The notes: a model not told the origin generated them from the letters alone. 63,473 bases of DNA, filler included, from Octopus bimaculoides (GCF_001194135.2; 4 parts of 4 records of this genome joined end to end with filler, not necessarily neighbours in it); one strand, 5' to 3'. Positions 1 to 14,145 are shown, counted from the whole stretch's first letter. Numbers and translations are program-made.

Positions 1-179
1 TCTTCCGATCTTATATATTTGAGTGGGTGAATTTGTAGTTGTGTTTATGTATATACATACATAGACAAATATATAAATATTAGTACATGCATAAGATATG
101 TGTGTGTATGTATGCGTGTGCGTGTGTGTGTTTGTGTGTGTGCAAGTATGTATGTATGTATATTTAAAAAAACAAACAA

Positions 180-297
180 ATGCTTCTCAGTACTGGAGGA
201 CCTCCTGCATATAAAATCACAGACTGGTTTGACCCAATCTTACTGACCCGAACAGATATCCGCTTCAAAACTCGATGGAGAGAAGTGAACAGTGATG

Positions 298-300
<3 letters not shown>
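180..300 (+). mobile_element. Possible Penelope-like RT fragment
   Basis: LLSTGGPPAYKITDWFDPILL resembles Penelope RT (R)PIVS..G.PTY.LAKWL..IL. The match is short. Confidence 0.35.
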
Positions 301-373
<73 letters not shown>

Positions 374-835
374 GTGTGTGTCCGCATGTGTGTATGATAG
401 TGTGTTTGTGTAAGAATGTGCGTTATCCAAGATCGTAGGAAATTTGAAACAAGATGGCGGTGGCAGTGGTAATTCTGGTTAGGGTCGGGGTTTGTTGAAA
501 GCCATATATTTGTGCGGATATCAACAGGAAGCTACAGAAAAGAATGCCTACTGGAACTAATGTGCATTTACGCATATATGCTGATACATACATCCATACA
601 TACAGACAGACATATATATATATTTACATACACACACTTATACGTCTCCATGCAGATACGTACAGAAATACAGACTTACGGACACACGCGTATGCATGTA
701 CGAGTGAGAGGAAGCTTTCATTCATGCGTGCTTATATACTTACAGTATTCTAACTTGTATGTTCCTGTTTATACATACATACCTGCAAACATACATACAA
801 ACACACGCACACATACACAAATATATATATGTACA

Positions 836-1286
<451 letters not shown>

Positions 1287-1362
1287 GACAGACAGACAGA
1301 CAGACAGCTGCACACACATACATATGTATATATACACTGCATACGCGAGGCTTACTGAGTAC

Positions 1363-1478
1363 GGTATTGACTCATGGGTCGATAAAATAAGTATCAGTTA
1401 AGCTCTGCGATCGATGAAATCGACTATCCCCTTCCCCCAAGGTTTCAAGCCTTGTGTCTAAAGTAGGAAGGATTATTA
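1363..1478 (+). mobile_element. SINE 3' half (Deu-like core, tail type B)
   Basis: gggtcgataaaataagtatcag...ccccttcccccaagg...gccttgtgtctaaagtagg. Confidence 0.7.
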
Positions 1479-1479
1479 T

Positions 1480-2340
1480 TATTTAACTAGATTCAGTTTG
1501 GGTTTTATTCCTGGTAGAATTTATGCGGGTAGCGGGTTACTATCTGTAATCTTAGGTGTCCACAAGTTTTCAATACTCTATCATGTGCTTAAAACTCTCC
1601 TGATAATCTATGCTGTCGCTGAGAGGCAAACTTTCTATAGAAGCTCAAAAGGACATTCTATTCCAATCTCCTTCAATCATTTGTCTGTATCATTGCTTAA
1701 AATTCCTAATGTTACAGGTACAACCTTTACAGTTCTCATATTTCATATTCTCGCAATTTCAATTTTTAAGGGATCGCATTTTAATTTTTTTCTTCTTTCT
1801 TTACAGTCCTGGAATCAAACGGACATGATGGATCAATCTGTAAGCAACCTCCAATTTCCTTCTCAGTTATGGCTGTATCTGGCTTATTATTTAGTATCTT
1901 CTTATTCATTGGAATTGGAAAATCCCATGAAAATTTTGTATTTCTCCGATTCAAGTACACTTTCAACCCGATGATTACTTCGAGCTTCAAACCACCATTT
2001 CTGACAAATCTTCCGCTGCAAAACTTTCACATCTTGGTAATGCCTCCATTTCTTACATTTCTCCTGAGCCAGCTTGGGACATTCTGCAACAATGTGTGCT
2101 ATTGTTTCATCCCAAATTCCATACGCTCTACATTTTACTGATACTTCTCTCCAATACACATAATATCTCAAGTTGTTTGTTTTTAACGCTTGATCTTGTG
2201 CTGCTATAATAAACCTCTGTTTTTCTGTTTTTTTTTTAATTATCCTTTTTTCAAACAAGCCCAAGTTTTTGTTCCACATACATCCTCAGTGGCCTGCCAA
2301 AACTGACTATTCAAATGTTTCTCCTCAATCTATTTAACAC
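1480..2340 (-). mobile_element. RLE-type non-LTR retrotransposon 3' fragment (R4/Dong-like), frameshifted
   Basis: AAQDQALKTN...KCR...ETIAHIVAECPKLAQ (CCHC knuckle), then WDFPI...NKPD...CLQIDPSCPFD (PD..D restriction-like endonuclease). The 3' end abuts (AAT)n. Clade assignment is from motif recall. Confidence 0.8.
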
Positions 2341-2374
2341 GCTGTCTTTCCTATGAATATATACATACATATAT

Positions 2375-2520
2375 TCATTTATTTTCCTTCTTTGGACTTC
2401 CCCCTTTCTCCTTTCTGGCGAAGAGCTATGCTCGAAATGTCAAACTTTCACCTTTTACCGAGCGTCAAGCGAATATATTCCTTGTGCATATCCTCTTGTT
2501 GCTCGTTAATTTTATTATTC
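2375..2520 (+). mobile_element. Short non-autonomous repeat (Penelope-like) carrying a decayed hammerhead-like motif
   Basis: Shares ccttt-ctg..gaaga.c...gct.gaaa...ctttc...cgagcgtcaa with 16300-16455. Confidence 0.55.
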
Positions 2521-2543
2521 CTTTATTTGAATTGAATACACAC

Positions 2544-2588
<45 letters not shown>

Positions 2589-2681
2589 NNNNNNNNNNNN
2601 NNNNNNNNNNNNNNNNNNNNNNNNNNNNNNNNNNNNNNNNNNNNNNNNNNNNNNNNNNNNNNNNNNNNNNNNNNNNNNNNN

Positions 2682-2743
<62 letters not shown>

Positions 2744-2745
<2 letters not shown>

Positions 2746-2900
2746 TGGGTCATCCCATAAATAATGCAGTATTTTTACACTTCTTTTATTTTCAAAAACG
2801 AAACCTAGTTCAGGAAGATTATCATTGGAGTTAATTTCACAATACACATTATTTATTCTACTCTTGTTTATAGATTTAGAATTGAAGTATTCCAAAATTC
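2744..2900 (+). mobile_element. Mariner-like left end
   Basis: TA|ttgggtcatcccataaataatgc follows a (TA)n run. No matching right end was seen. Confidence 0.45.
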
Positions 2901-3945
2901 TCTGTTGTGTATTGTTATAATCTTAGTTGAATTTCTAATGATTGAATGTGAAAACTTTACACTACGACTATTAAATAATTTCCTTTCATTAACATAAGGG
3001 GATCATTAATTACATAATGTAGATTATATAATCAAGACATCTTGTCAGATTTTCAGAAGCACGTAACTTTTATATGTAACGTTATTGGACTGAAAAGGTT
3101 TGATAGAATTCACCATCGTAGACACAATGCGTGAGTGTGTACGCGCACGGGAGCATGTGAATGCATGCGTTAATGTGCATCTCCGCATAGCAGGTTTTCT
3201 TTAATTTGCTTTGCGGGAAGAGCTATTCTAAGAGCACCTTCAGCCTCATCTTCGAAACGCCTAGTTTAGAATAGAGGCAGCTGATGAAGGAAAACTTCCA
3301 TATGTGGTTTGTCTGCTTTCCTATGTGTTTATTCTGTTGTCCGAAAAAAAGAAGTTCGTTTTTTGTGCTTTGTTTATGTTCCCGTTCCTTTTTTGTCCTC
3401 GTTTTTTTGACGTCCTGTACCCGGATATGCATCTATATATACATGTAGATGTAGGTATGTACATATATGTATGTATATATGCATATGCTCACATATCATT
3501 TGTATTATATATATATANNNNNNNNNNNNNNNNNNNNNNNNNNNNNNNNNNNNNNNNNNNNNNNNNNNNNNNNNNNNNNNNNNNNNNNNNNNNNNNNNNN
3601 NNNNNNNNNNNNNNNNNNNNNNNNNNNNNNNNNNNNNNNNNNNNNNNNNNNNNNNNNNNNNNNNNNNNNNNNNNNNNNNNNNNNNNNNNNNNNNNNNNNN
3701 NNNNNNNNNNNNNNNNNNNNNNNNNNNNNNNNNNNNNNNNNNNNNNNNNNNNNNNNNNNNNNNNNNNNNNNNNNNNNNNNNNNNNNNNNNNNNNNNNNNN
3801 NNNNNNNNNNNNNNNNNNNNNNNNNNNNNNNNNNNNNNNNNNNNNNNNNNNNNNNNNNNNNNNNNNNNNNNNNNNNNNNNNNNNNNNNNNNNNNNNNNNN
3901 NNNNNNNNNNNNNNNNNNNNNNNNNNNNNNNNNNNNNNNNNNNNN

Positions 3946-3994
3946 ATCATTATTATTATTATTATTATTATCATTATTATTATTATTATTATTA

Positions 3995-4043
<49 letters not shown>

Positions 4044-4330
4044 CATCATTATTATTATTATTATTTCTATTGTTGTTGCTATTGTTATTATTTTCATCAC
4101 CATCATCAACATCATTATTATACTCATCCTTAATATTTTCATCATTATCATTATCATCATTATCATAATCATCATCATTATCATCATCATTATTATTATT
4201 ATTATTATTATTATTGTTATTGTTATTGTTGTTGTTGTTGTTGTTACTGTTGCTACTGTTATTATCATTATCACTATTATTAGTAGTAATATCATCATCA
4301 TCATCATCATTGCTGTTGTTCTTCTTACTC
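3946..4330. repeat. Compound (ATT/ATC/GTT)n trinucleotide array
   Basis: Read directly; it explains the poly-I/N/Y ORFs. Confidence 0.95.
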
Positions 4331-4513
4331 TTAATGAAAATAGTATACAAACAAATCTACGTAATATTTTCTGAAGAATTTAGAATGTCATGATCAATTC
4401 AGCGTTGTTTTCACACACACGCGCGCGTGCGCGCGCAGACGCAGTTATTCTGAGTGAAGCCCTGTGTTAATAATGTTTTTTTATACATAAGTTTCTTTTA
4501 GAAGTTTTTGTGA

Positions 4514-4567
<54 letters not shown>

Positions 4568-4570
<3 letters not shown>

Positions 4571-4762
4571 GGTGGCCCAAAAGTAAGCTTACAGTTATTC
4601 AACTATCTATTTTGCATTCATATATTAATAGTTTAGATCTTATTTATAAAAAAAAATGTTAAACCATTATTCTATGCTAATTTAGTTAATTGTAAGATAG
4701 AAATTTAAAAGTAATAAAATGCTTTATAAGTAATTTAAAGTGCCTACTTTTGGGAAACATTG
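4568..4762. mobile_element. Tc1/mariner MITE in a (TA)n site
   Basis: Imperfect TIRs aagggtggcccaaaagta / tacttttgggaaacattg, flanked by TA. Confidence 0.6.
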
Positions 4763-6079
4763 TATATATAAATGTGTGTGTCTGTGTTTGTCGAACTAAC
4801 ATCGCTTGAGAATTGATGCTGGTGCCTTTATGAATACGAATTACTGGTACCTTATTCTACCGACATCGAAATGAATGAGGGCTAAGGCTTGCTGCAGCAA
4901 GATTTGAGCAAATAATCTAAAAGTTGTGGGAAAATACACCACAGTAAGATATTTTGTCTAACCATCGCTAGGACTCAGTTCATCTAAGCCAAACCAGCAA
5001 CCGGCGCTCTTCAAGATATTGTTAGCCTTCTCTGGGTTATATCTCAAAGATAGGATCTTCACATTCCTTCTTAGAAATATAATGAAACACTCTGGAAATC
5101 CTTTCCCGCCCTCAGTTTTCCTTCTTTTTCTTTGTTTTTGTTTTTATTGTTGGCATTGACCAAAGTATATTTGTATCGGAAATTACCGAAAAAACAACCT
5201 GCCTATTGCTGCAAATAATATGGGTACTGCCCCGCTTCTATGTGAGATTTTAAAAACCACTAGTTTTTAATTGTAAAAGATAGAAGCAAAGAAAGAAAGA
5301 ATTATTGAACGAATGAATGAAAGAAAGAAAAAAAGAAAGAAAGAAAGAAAGAAAGAAAGGTGGAGGAGGATGAGAAAGAAGAAAAAGAAGAAGAAGAAGA
5401 AGAAGAAGAAGAAGAAGAAGCATGGAAAAATACAAATGGATGATGGCTAGACGCATCATCAAAAATTGAACAGGATACAAAAAAAAAATGAGCGGGAAAA
5501 ATGGATGAAGAATTGGAAAGACACTGCTGGAAGTGAAGGAAGACGAAACAGAGAAAATGAGTAAGAGAGACAGGGAGAGAGAGCGGGGGGGAGAGGGGGG
5601 GAGCTGAGAGGGGCGAAAGTGGAAATGTAAAGGAAACATTTCTTTAGAAGGTTCAGCTTTAATAATGGCTAATGACTATTCTGATAATATAAGATGTCTG
5701 ACAGGTTATTTCCGGTCTGAAGTTGTAAAGAAGAATACAGAACGAAAAAAACCCCCACCAAAAAACACATGGAAGTAAGAAAGAAAATACAAGACAGTAT
5801 GAAAGAAAAGAAGAAATAAAAATGTTACAGCGAATATATGACGATTTGACTGGAAGTGCCTGATAGAGTGGGTCAGAAAAGGATGGCTTCTTCCTAGACG
5901 AGAATAAGACGCTGACAAGATGGCGGAAGCAGTTCTAATCGCATTTGATATTGCCCAACGGATAAACGTCGTCAAAAATGAAAAATGGTGTTCCTTTAAC
6001 ACGCTCTGACATTATCGTCATCATAATAATAATGTGTGTGTCTTTGTGTGAGTGAAAGAGAGGGAGTGTGTTTGAGTGT

Positions 6080-6116
<37 letters not shown>

Positions 6117-6750
6117 TGCGTGTGTGAGACACTCCTATTATCTTTCCTTTCTCTCATTTGCTTTATCTTGCTCTCTCTCACTCTCTCTCTCTCTCTTTCT
6201 CTCTTTCTCTTACACCCTCTCTTTTTCATTTACTTTCTCTCATTTACCATCTCATACTAATCCTCTCTTACTTGCTCTCCCCACTCTCCTCCTATGCCCT
6301 CTTTCTTGCTCTCCCTCTATCTCTCTCGCTTTCCGTTTCTCTTTGTTTCTTATGTTACATCTCCCTTTCTGATTACCTCTCTATATTTTTCCTTCTTGTC
6401 TTCCATTTTGTTTCTGCCTCTATTGCCATCTGTGTATCTTTCTCTCATTTTCTCCAATCTCTTATACTGTCTCCCTTCTCTCTCTCCCACCACTTCATGT
6501 TTCAGCTATCACCCACTGTCATTTTTTTACACCGCCACTTGGAGGTCACATACAGCTGTTGCTTGCCTATTACTACCACTCCTCACACTGATGCCACACA
6601 GTTACTAATTAGCTTTTCGCATAGTCTCCTCTTTCTCTTTCTCTCTCTCTCTCTCTCTCTCCATTTATTTATCTTTCTATTTATTTATTGGTCTGTCTGT
6701 CAATCTATTCTATTCTGTTCTATCTGTCTGTATGCCTATCTATCTATCTA

Positions 6751-6830
<80 letters not shown>

Positions 6831-6840
6831 NNNNNNNNNN

Positions 6841-6887
<47 letters not shown>

Positions 6888-8439
6888 TTATCTATCTGTC
6901 TATCTGTCTGTCTGTCTGTCTATCTATGTATTTGCCTGTCTGTCAATCTATCGATCTATTCTATGTATCAATCATTCTGTCTTTCTGTCTTGCATACACA
7001 CTCACACACACACACACACACACAAACACAACAACAACAACAATTTACACTTCTAAATATCCACATTTTCCCCCCTCCCCAGCCCCGGTTCTCTCTGCAA
7101 ATCTCTAATTCCCTTTAACCGCCACTCACCAATCACGGATACTCACCCTACACACGCACACAAGCACATACATGTACACATTGAGTCACATAAGGAAGCA
7201 CACATACATACATACATACATGCACCTGCACACACATTCACCCCAACACCTCTTCCTTCTCCTCATGACCTTTTAGTGGTTCTCTCTTCANNNNNNNNNN
7301 NNNNNNNNNNNNNNNNNNNNNNNNNNNNNNNNNNNNNNNNNNNNNNNNNNNNNNNNNNNNNNNNNNNNNNNNNNNNNNNNNNNNNNNNNNNNNNNNNNNN
7401 NNNNNNNNNNNNNNNNNNNNNNNNNNNNNNNNNNNNNNNNNNNNNNNNNNNNNNNNNNNNNNNNNNNNNNNNNNNNNNNNNNNNNNNNNNNNNNNNNNNN
7501 NNNNNNNNNNNNNNNNNNNNNNNNNNNNNNNNNNNNNNNNNNNNNNNNNNNNNNNNNNNNNNNNNNNNNNNNNNNNNNNNNNNNNNNNNNNNNNNNNNNN
7601 NNNNNNNNNNNNNNNNNNNNNNNNNNNNNNNNNNNNNNNNNNNNNNNNNNNNNNNNNNNNNNNNNNNNNNNNNNNNNNNNNNNNNNNNNNNNNNNNNNNN
7701 NNNNNNNNNNNNNNNNNNNNNNNNNNNNNNNNNNNNNNNNNNNNNNNNNNNNNNNNNNNNNNNNNNNNNNNNNNNNNNNNNNNNNNNNNNNNNNNNNNNN
7801 NNNNNNNNNNNNNNNNNNNNNNNNNNNNNNNNNNNNNNNNNNNNNNNNNNNNNNNNNNNNNNNNNNNNNNNNNNNNNNNNNNNNNNNNNNNNNNNNNNNN
7901 NNNNNNNNNNNNNNNNNNNNNNNNNNNNNNNNNNNNNNNNNNNNNNNNNNNNNNNNNNNNNNNNNNNNNNNNNNNNNNNNNNNNNNNNNNNNNNNNNNNN
8001 NNNNNNNNNNNNNNNNNNNNNNNNNNNNNNNNNNNNNNNNNNNNNNNNNNNNNNNNNNNNNNNNNNNNNNNNNNNNNNNNNNNNNNNNNNNNNNNNNNNN
8101 NAGAAGAAGAAGAAGAAGAAGAAGAAGAAGAAGAAGAAGAAGAAGAAGAAGAAGAAGAAGAAGAAGACGAAGAAGAGACCTGGTAAACCTGGTCGGCTCT
8201 ACGCATGATGGTATCTCTGGGACCACTACTGTTTGATGGCCCTAGTTTCATCAAACGAGAGCCTGAAGCGAAGCAAAGCGAGCAGGTTCGATGTGGCCTA
8301 GCAGTTAGAAAGGCGCCGGTGGACACTCAATTCCGATTTCTTATATATTCTTCTTGATGCTTTCTGATACTGTCCCCAAATTATTATCATTATTATCATC
8401 ATTATTGTGGTTATTTAGCAGCATTTCTTCTTGCTTTAC

Positions 8440-8590
8440 ACCCTGAGTTAATATTCCACAGAAGTCGATTTTGCTTTCATCCTTTCAGGGTCGACAAATA
8501 AGTACCAATGGAGTACTGAGGTGGATACCATCAACTAGCCTGTCCTTCATCCCTAAAATAACTAGATTTGTATCAAAATTTGAAACGATT
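8440..8590 (+). mobile_element. SINE fragment (Deu-like core, diverged tail B)
   Basis: gtcgattttgctttcatcctttcagggtcgacaaataagtacc. Confidence 0.7.
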
Positions 8591-9834
8591 GTTATTATAT
8601 GACATAGATGGGTCGAGTCGATTTTTTCTCTGTTAGGTGACCCTGGCGAAAGAGCTTGTATGGGAGAATCTTCTGAGAAGTTTCAAGACACGCATTTTAA
8701 CATCGGGTAAGCTCTCATGAACCTTTTCAAGCATTACTCGAAGAAGGTGAGACAAGAGACGAAGGTGCTGCCATTCAAGTGCGTGTTCATAGAAAGATGG
8801 ACGAGAATGACACGACAGGAGAGTTTGGATGAATCTACACGGAGTAAGAAACTATCAGCAGAAAAAGTGTAATAGCCTCGTACAAGGAGTGAACTTGTAT
8901 CCCAAGATTCGCAATAATTTTTGTTACTGGCATCTCTGCTATTTTCTTCTTAATAACGCGAAAGTAATTATTACTTAGGATTTTTATTACCGTTCTCCAT
9001 CGGATCCCTATTTAGTGTAGACCCCTACATTTTACACAAACAACCAAAACGGTTTTGATGTTTCTCTCCTTCGAAGCTAAACAGAATTGCTTCACCAATC
9101 AGGAATTGCTTCACCAATCAGTTTTCCGTTTTCAAGATTATTTGCTTGCTGTTGCAACTGCTGTTGTTGTTACACTAATAATTGTTGTTGTCTCCGCAAT
9201 GAATGGCAATATTTTCACGGCATATTAACCTAGTCTAGCAAATCATTCACATCCGTGCACCTGGATGCACACGCCTGTTATCAGATCTTTATATGTTTGC
9301 CAAAGATTCGTACGTCCTTTTACAAGATTCTCTAACGAAAAGTGGTTCTTTCTCTTTCACGCGATGCAAATATATAGTAACGTGTGCCTTACAACCAACC
9401 CTTTTTTTCTTTCGAAAAATCAACCATATCCTCGCTTCTGTTTTGTTCAACAACAAACAGCAGAAAAGCTTCTGTCTTTCGGTGGAAGGTGGGGAGAAAG
9501 CCTTAGTTTAGTGTCTCTCCCTTCAAGCTAATCACAAGCAGATACTAAATTTAAACAATCTCCGCCATTCTTCTTGGCCGATAATTTCCTTTTCTTTAAT
9601 TTTTAATCAGTCAAGCGTATCTGATATCTTTCGCTTTTTCTTTCACTTTTATCTTATTCTCTTTTATCCTTCTACTTTTGTGTATCTTATATTATCATTG
9701 TGTTTTATTATATTTGTTGTTAATATATTTGTTTTTCTCTTAGCTTAAACATGACAATCTAACATCCGATACAATGCTATCTTCCACTAATTCCCTACTA
9801 CGACCGCCATTTCTTCCTACCATGCTTCAATTGA

Positions 9835-10030
9835 TCTTCTTCTTCTTCTTCTTTTTCTTCTTCTTCTTCTTCTTCTTCTTCTTCTTCTTCTTCTCGTTCT
9901 TCTTTTTCTTCTTCTTCTCCTTCTTCTTCTCTCTCTTCTTTTTCTTCTTCTTCTTTCTCTTCTTTCTTTCTTTCTTTATCTCTTTCTTTCTTTCTTTCTT
10001 CTTCTTCTTCTTCTTCTTCTTCTTCTTTCC
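9835..10030. repeat. (TTC)n polypyrimidine array; (GAA)n also at 8102-8175
   Basis: Read directly. Confidence 0.95.
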
Positions 10031-10324
10031 TTCTCAAGGGAAATAGTGCCCTTATCAGCAATTAATACACACACACACACACAGATATATGTAAGTATGT
10101 ATACATATATATAAACATACATACATACATGCATACTTACATACACACACATTCACACACACACACATATATATATAATGTATGTATGTATTTATACATA
10201 TACATACTTGCCAACGCACGAAGTTCTCGGACCTGGTACTTCAGCCAAATATCAATAGTTATGTGTCTGTGTGTGTGTATTTAATACATGTTTGTATGTG
10301 TGTATATATATCTTTATATATAAA

Positions 10325-10525
10325 TTTCATTATTGACGACAGGGAGCTTAACATAGAGGACAAACAAGGACAGACAAAGGGATTAAGTCGATTACACCGA
10401 CCCCAGTGCGTACTTAATTCATTGACTCCGAAAGGATAAAATGCAAAGTCGATCTCGACAGAATTTGAACTCAGAAAGTAACGGCAAACGAAATATTCGC
10501 TAAGCATTTCGCCCGGCTCGCGGCC
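10325..10525 (-). mobile_element. SINE (Deu-like core, tail type A)
   Basis: Reverse complement matches the 51144-51388 copy (ccgggcgaaatgcttagcg...tttatcctttcggagtc...cgacttaatccctttgtctgtccttg). Confidence 0.8.
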
Positions 10526-10542
10526 TTTTATATCTTTATATT

Positions 10543-10624
<82 letters not shown>

Positions 10625-11089
10625 CGTGTGTGTGTGTTTGTACAAAAACACACACACACAGAGGCATGGCTGTTTAGCAAAACGTTTACTCTCAAACACC
10701 GAGTTCCAAGCTCAGTCCGACTGCGTGGACTTTTGGTCAAGTGTCTTCCACACACGAAGGACTTGTGAGTGGTAAGACGGAAGCAGACATTTGCTTTGAA
10801 ACTCGCCCTCTCTTTTTATAGTTTATACTTATTTACCCCTCATTCCTTCATTCCTTCTGTCTTAAATTCCTTCTCTCTTTCAATAACTTCATACCTTGAC
10901 TACAAAAATTCATCATATCTCTATATTATTCTGCTAGCTTGTACTCCTTTCTTTCTTTTTTTCTTTTATTATTTTGTCTTTTACCTGACACCACCCTTCC
11001 TTCTACATCTCTCTCCACCTCCTTCTCCTCCCTGCCTATTTGTGTATTAACTATGAATTTATTTGTCACTCTGTTTATCTATTTATCTA

Positions 11090-11148
<59 letters not shown>

Positions 11149-11259
11149 NNNNNNNNNNNNNNNNNNNNNNNNNNNNNNNNNNNNNNNNNNNNNNNNNNNN
11201 NNNNNNNNNNNNNNNNNNNNNNNNNNNNNNNNNNNNNNNNNNNNNNNNNNNNNNNNNNN

Positions 11260-11298
<39 letters not shown>

Positions 11299-12163
11299 TG
11301 GTCTGCCTATCTCGTTGCTTGTCTACCTATGAATCTGACTATCTGTCCATCTATCTTTTCATCAAACAGTCAGTCAATATTTCTATTTCTCTCTCTCTCT
11401 CCTGCTCTCCCTCTCTCTCTCTCTCAGTCTCTCCCTCTCTCACTCTCACTCTCTTTCTATCTTTCTCCTTTTCTCTTTCTCTTTCTCTCTCTCTGCGAAT
11501 TTTCATCGCGTCACCTCCTTCTCTACCACGACCATCATACAACCACAAACTCAGTCTCTCTCTCTCATTCAAACAATCACTCATTCACAACATTATTTTT
11601 TACGTTTTCAATCCTCTCTCGTTTACCCCTTCACTCTTTCTGTCTTCTCCAATCCATTCCACCCTACCAATCTCCTTCATTCACTTCCTCCAGCGCTACT
11701 TTAAATTTACATAAAGTCTTATCGTCTGCCCTCTTCCATTCCAATATTTGCAACGCTCCAATTGGTTTCAAGCAGACGACATACAGACAAAATCAATTTA
11801 ATGAAGCTAACACAATCTTGTTAAGTCCACTTAACACAACAGCAACAACAAAAACTACAATAAAAGCAATATACTTGATGACGATTGTAACAATATTCGT
11901 GATTATCATCTCGGTTGAAAATATGTTAGGCAACTCCGAGTTTTTTTTTTTCCTCTCTCTGTTGCAATAGAATTCTCTTCTCTCCTACATCTCTCTCTCC
12001 GTCTCTTTCCATCTCTCTGTCTGTTTGTCTCTCTTTCTGTCTTTCTCGCCCTCTTTGTGTGTGTGTCTCTCTCTCTTTCTTGAGCGCACACGCGCATATA
12101 TGTATGTATAGAGGCTCATGTGTTTGTATATTTGTGTGTATGTATGTGTATATATGCATTATG

Positions 12164-12203
<40 letters not shown>

Positions 12204-12264
12204 GTATATATATTATATGTATATATATATATTATGTATATATATATGTATATGTATGTATATA

Positions 12265-12324
<60 letters not shown>

Positions 12325-12517
12325 GTATGTGTGTATGTATATATAGATACATATGTGTATATATGCATATATATACGTGAGTGTGCACACGCTACACACA
12401 GAGAAATACACAGACTCACCTACACACAGACACACACGCACACACGTACACATGTGTGTAGGTTTGATGATACAAAGAGAAGAATAGAACTCACCGCATG
12501 AGTGTGTGTGGGGCGGC

Positions 12518-12598
<81 letters not shown>

Positions 12599-12599
12599 A

Positions 12600-13048
12600 C
12601 ATTTGATAAGCAGAAGTTGCAGAATAACTCAGGGATTTAGAATTTCGTACATTGGTCAGCGGGTGCCCATGAATAACTACCGGAAATCCCTGGCCTGGCA
12701 GTGCTACCGAGGAGCCCTGCCTGTTCGCGATAAGCTATTCAGGCATAGATGTGCAGACACACGGACATGTCCAAGATGCGAACATAGCAACGAAGCTGTT
12801 GTGCACGCTATCGTACAGCGTTCATTGATTTCGGGTCTATGCGTTGACGTAGAACACCTGACGTTGCGTTTGGGAGGTCCTACTTCCTTCCCTTGGCCGG
12901 GAAAGGCAGGCAACTTTTCTCTGCTTGGTGGCTATAGCGAAAGAAGTCGTGTGGTTGACGAGAGCGAAAGGAATTAAGACGGGCAACTTTCTCGCTGGCC
13001 ATGGTTTAATGAACTATTTTACATACCACCTGAAAAGAAAAATTACCT
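12600..13048 (+). mobile_element. Tx1/L1-clade LINE ORF2 C-terminal fragment (zf-RVT)
   Basis: SLAWQCYRGALPVRDKLFRH...TCPRC...E...HA, then in another frame AIAKEVVWLTR...YHLKRK. Confidence 0.75.
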
Positions 13049-13292
13049 TATATTATATTATATTATATTATATTATATTATATTATATCATATTATATTA
13101 TATTATATCATATTATATTATATTATATTATATCATATTATATCATATTATATCATATTATATTATATCATATTATATTATATTATATTATATTATATCA
13201 TATCATATTATATATTATATTATATCATATATTATATTATAACATATTATATTATATTATATTATATTATATTATATCATATTATATTATAT
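13048..13292. repeat. (TATAT/TATCA)n pentanucleotide array
   Basis: Read directly. Confidence 0.95.
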
Positions 13293-13510
13293 TACAAAGG
13301 GTAAAGTGGTAGAGACTTCTCCACTTCGGCCATAAATGACCATGCCATTGCAACTAGAATGTTGTCCTTCAAGGCACAGGTCCGAGCAACTTCGTTTATG
13401 AAAGACCAGCAGTCGCCCATGCATACCAGCCTCTCCTCTCCCCGCCACCGATGTTATCCAAGGGAAAGGCAAAGGCCGATACAGTTTGTCACCAGTGACG
13501 TCGCAGCTCA
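13293..13510 (-). mobile_element. 3' tail of the 836-type SINE or its partner LINE, ending in a (ATAAT)n tail
   Basis: Reverse complement matches about 990-1165 (gtatcggcctttgcctttcccttggataacatc...gcatgggcgactgctggtc) and runs into the pentanucleotide array. Confidence 0.8.
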
Positions 13511-13522
13511 CTTCTACAGCTA

Positions 13523-13740
13523 TGGCGGCGAGCTGGCAGAAACGTTAGCACGTTAGCACAATACGGTATTTCGTCTGCTGTTACGTTCTGAGTTTAAATT
13601 CCGCCATATTTCCGGCATAGTAGTCGGTGAAGGATTTGGGATACCTTTTAGTGTCTGCGCTTGTACTGCTTCTGTGCAAGTCGTTCTAAACGACTAACCC
13701 CCGCCCCACAAATTTTAGGTTTTATGCTTATAGTAGTAAG
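13523..13740 (+). mobile_element. SINE (ggcggcgagctggcag head, tail B)
   Basis: ggcggcgagctggcagaaacgttagcacg...ttctgagtttaaattccgcc...ccccgccccacaaattttagg. Confidence 0.7.
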
Positions 13741-13947
13741 AATTATCTTCGTTCAGTATATATGTATATGTGTGTGTTCGTGCGTGTGTGTATATATATG
13801 TTTATGTGTGTGTATGTGTATGTGTATGTGTGTGCGTGTGGGGGGCGTGTATATATGTACATATAGACACACACTACACACATATATGTATATATAAAGA
13901 GAGACATAGGCAGACAAACGGACGAACAGATAGATATATAGATAGAC

Positions 13948-13998
<51 letters not shown>

Positions 13999-14082
13999 NN
14001 NNNNNNNNNNNNNNNNNNNNNNNNNNNNNNNNNNNNNNNNNNNNNNNNNNNNNNNNNNNNNNNNNNNNNNNNNNNNNNNTAT

Positions 14083-14130
<48 letters not shown>

Positions 14131-14145
14131 ATAGATAGATTGAGA

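Noticed and set aside
3225-3300. cgaaacgcc and ctgatgaaggaa..ttcc as a hammerhead
   Set aside because: The two core halves are in the wrong order for a single type I fold and I could not build stems. Possibly Penelope-like debris, but not supportable.
9088-9121. Tandem 19-bp duplication containing two CCAAT boxes
   Set aside because: A simple slippage duplication with no other promoter evidence nearby.
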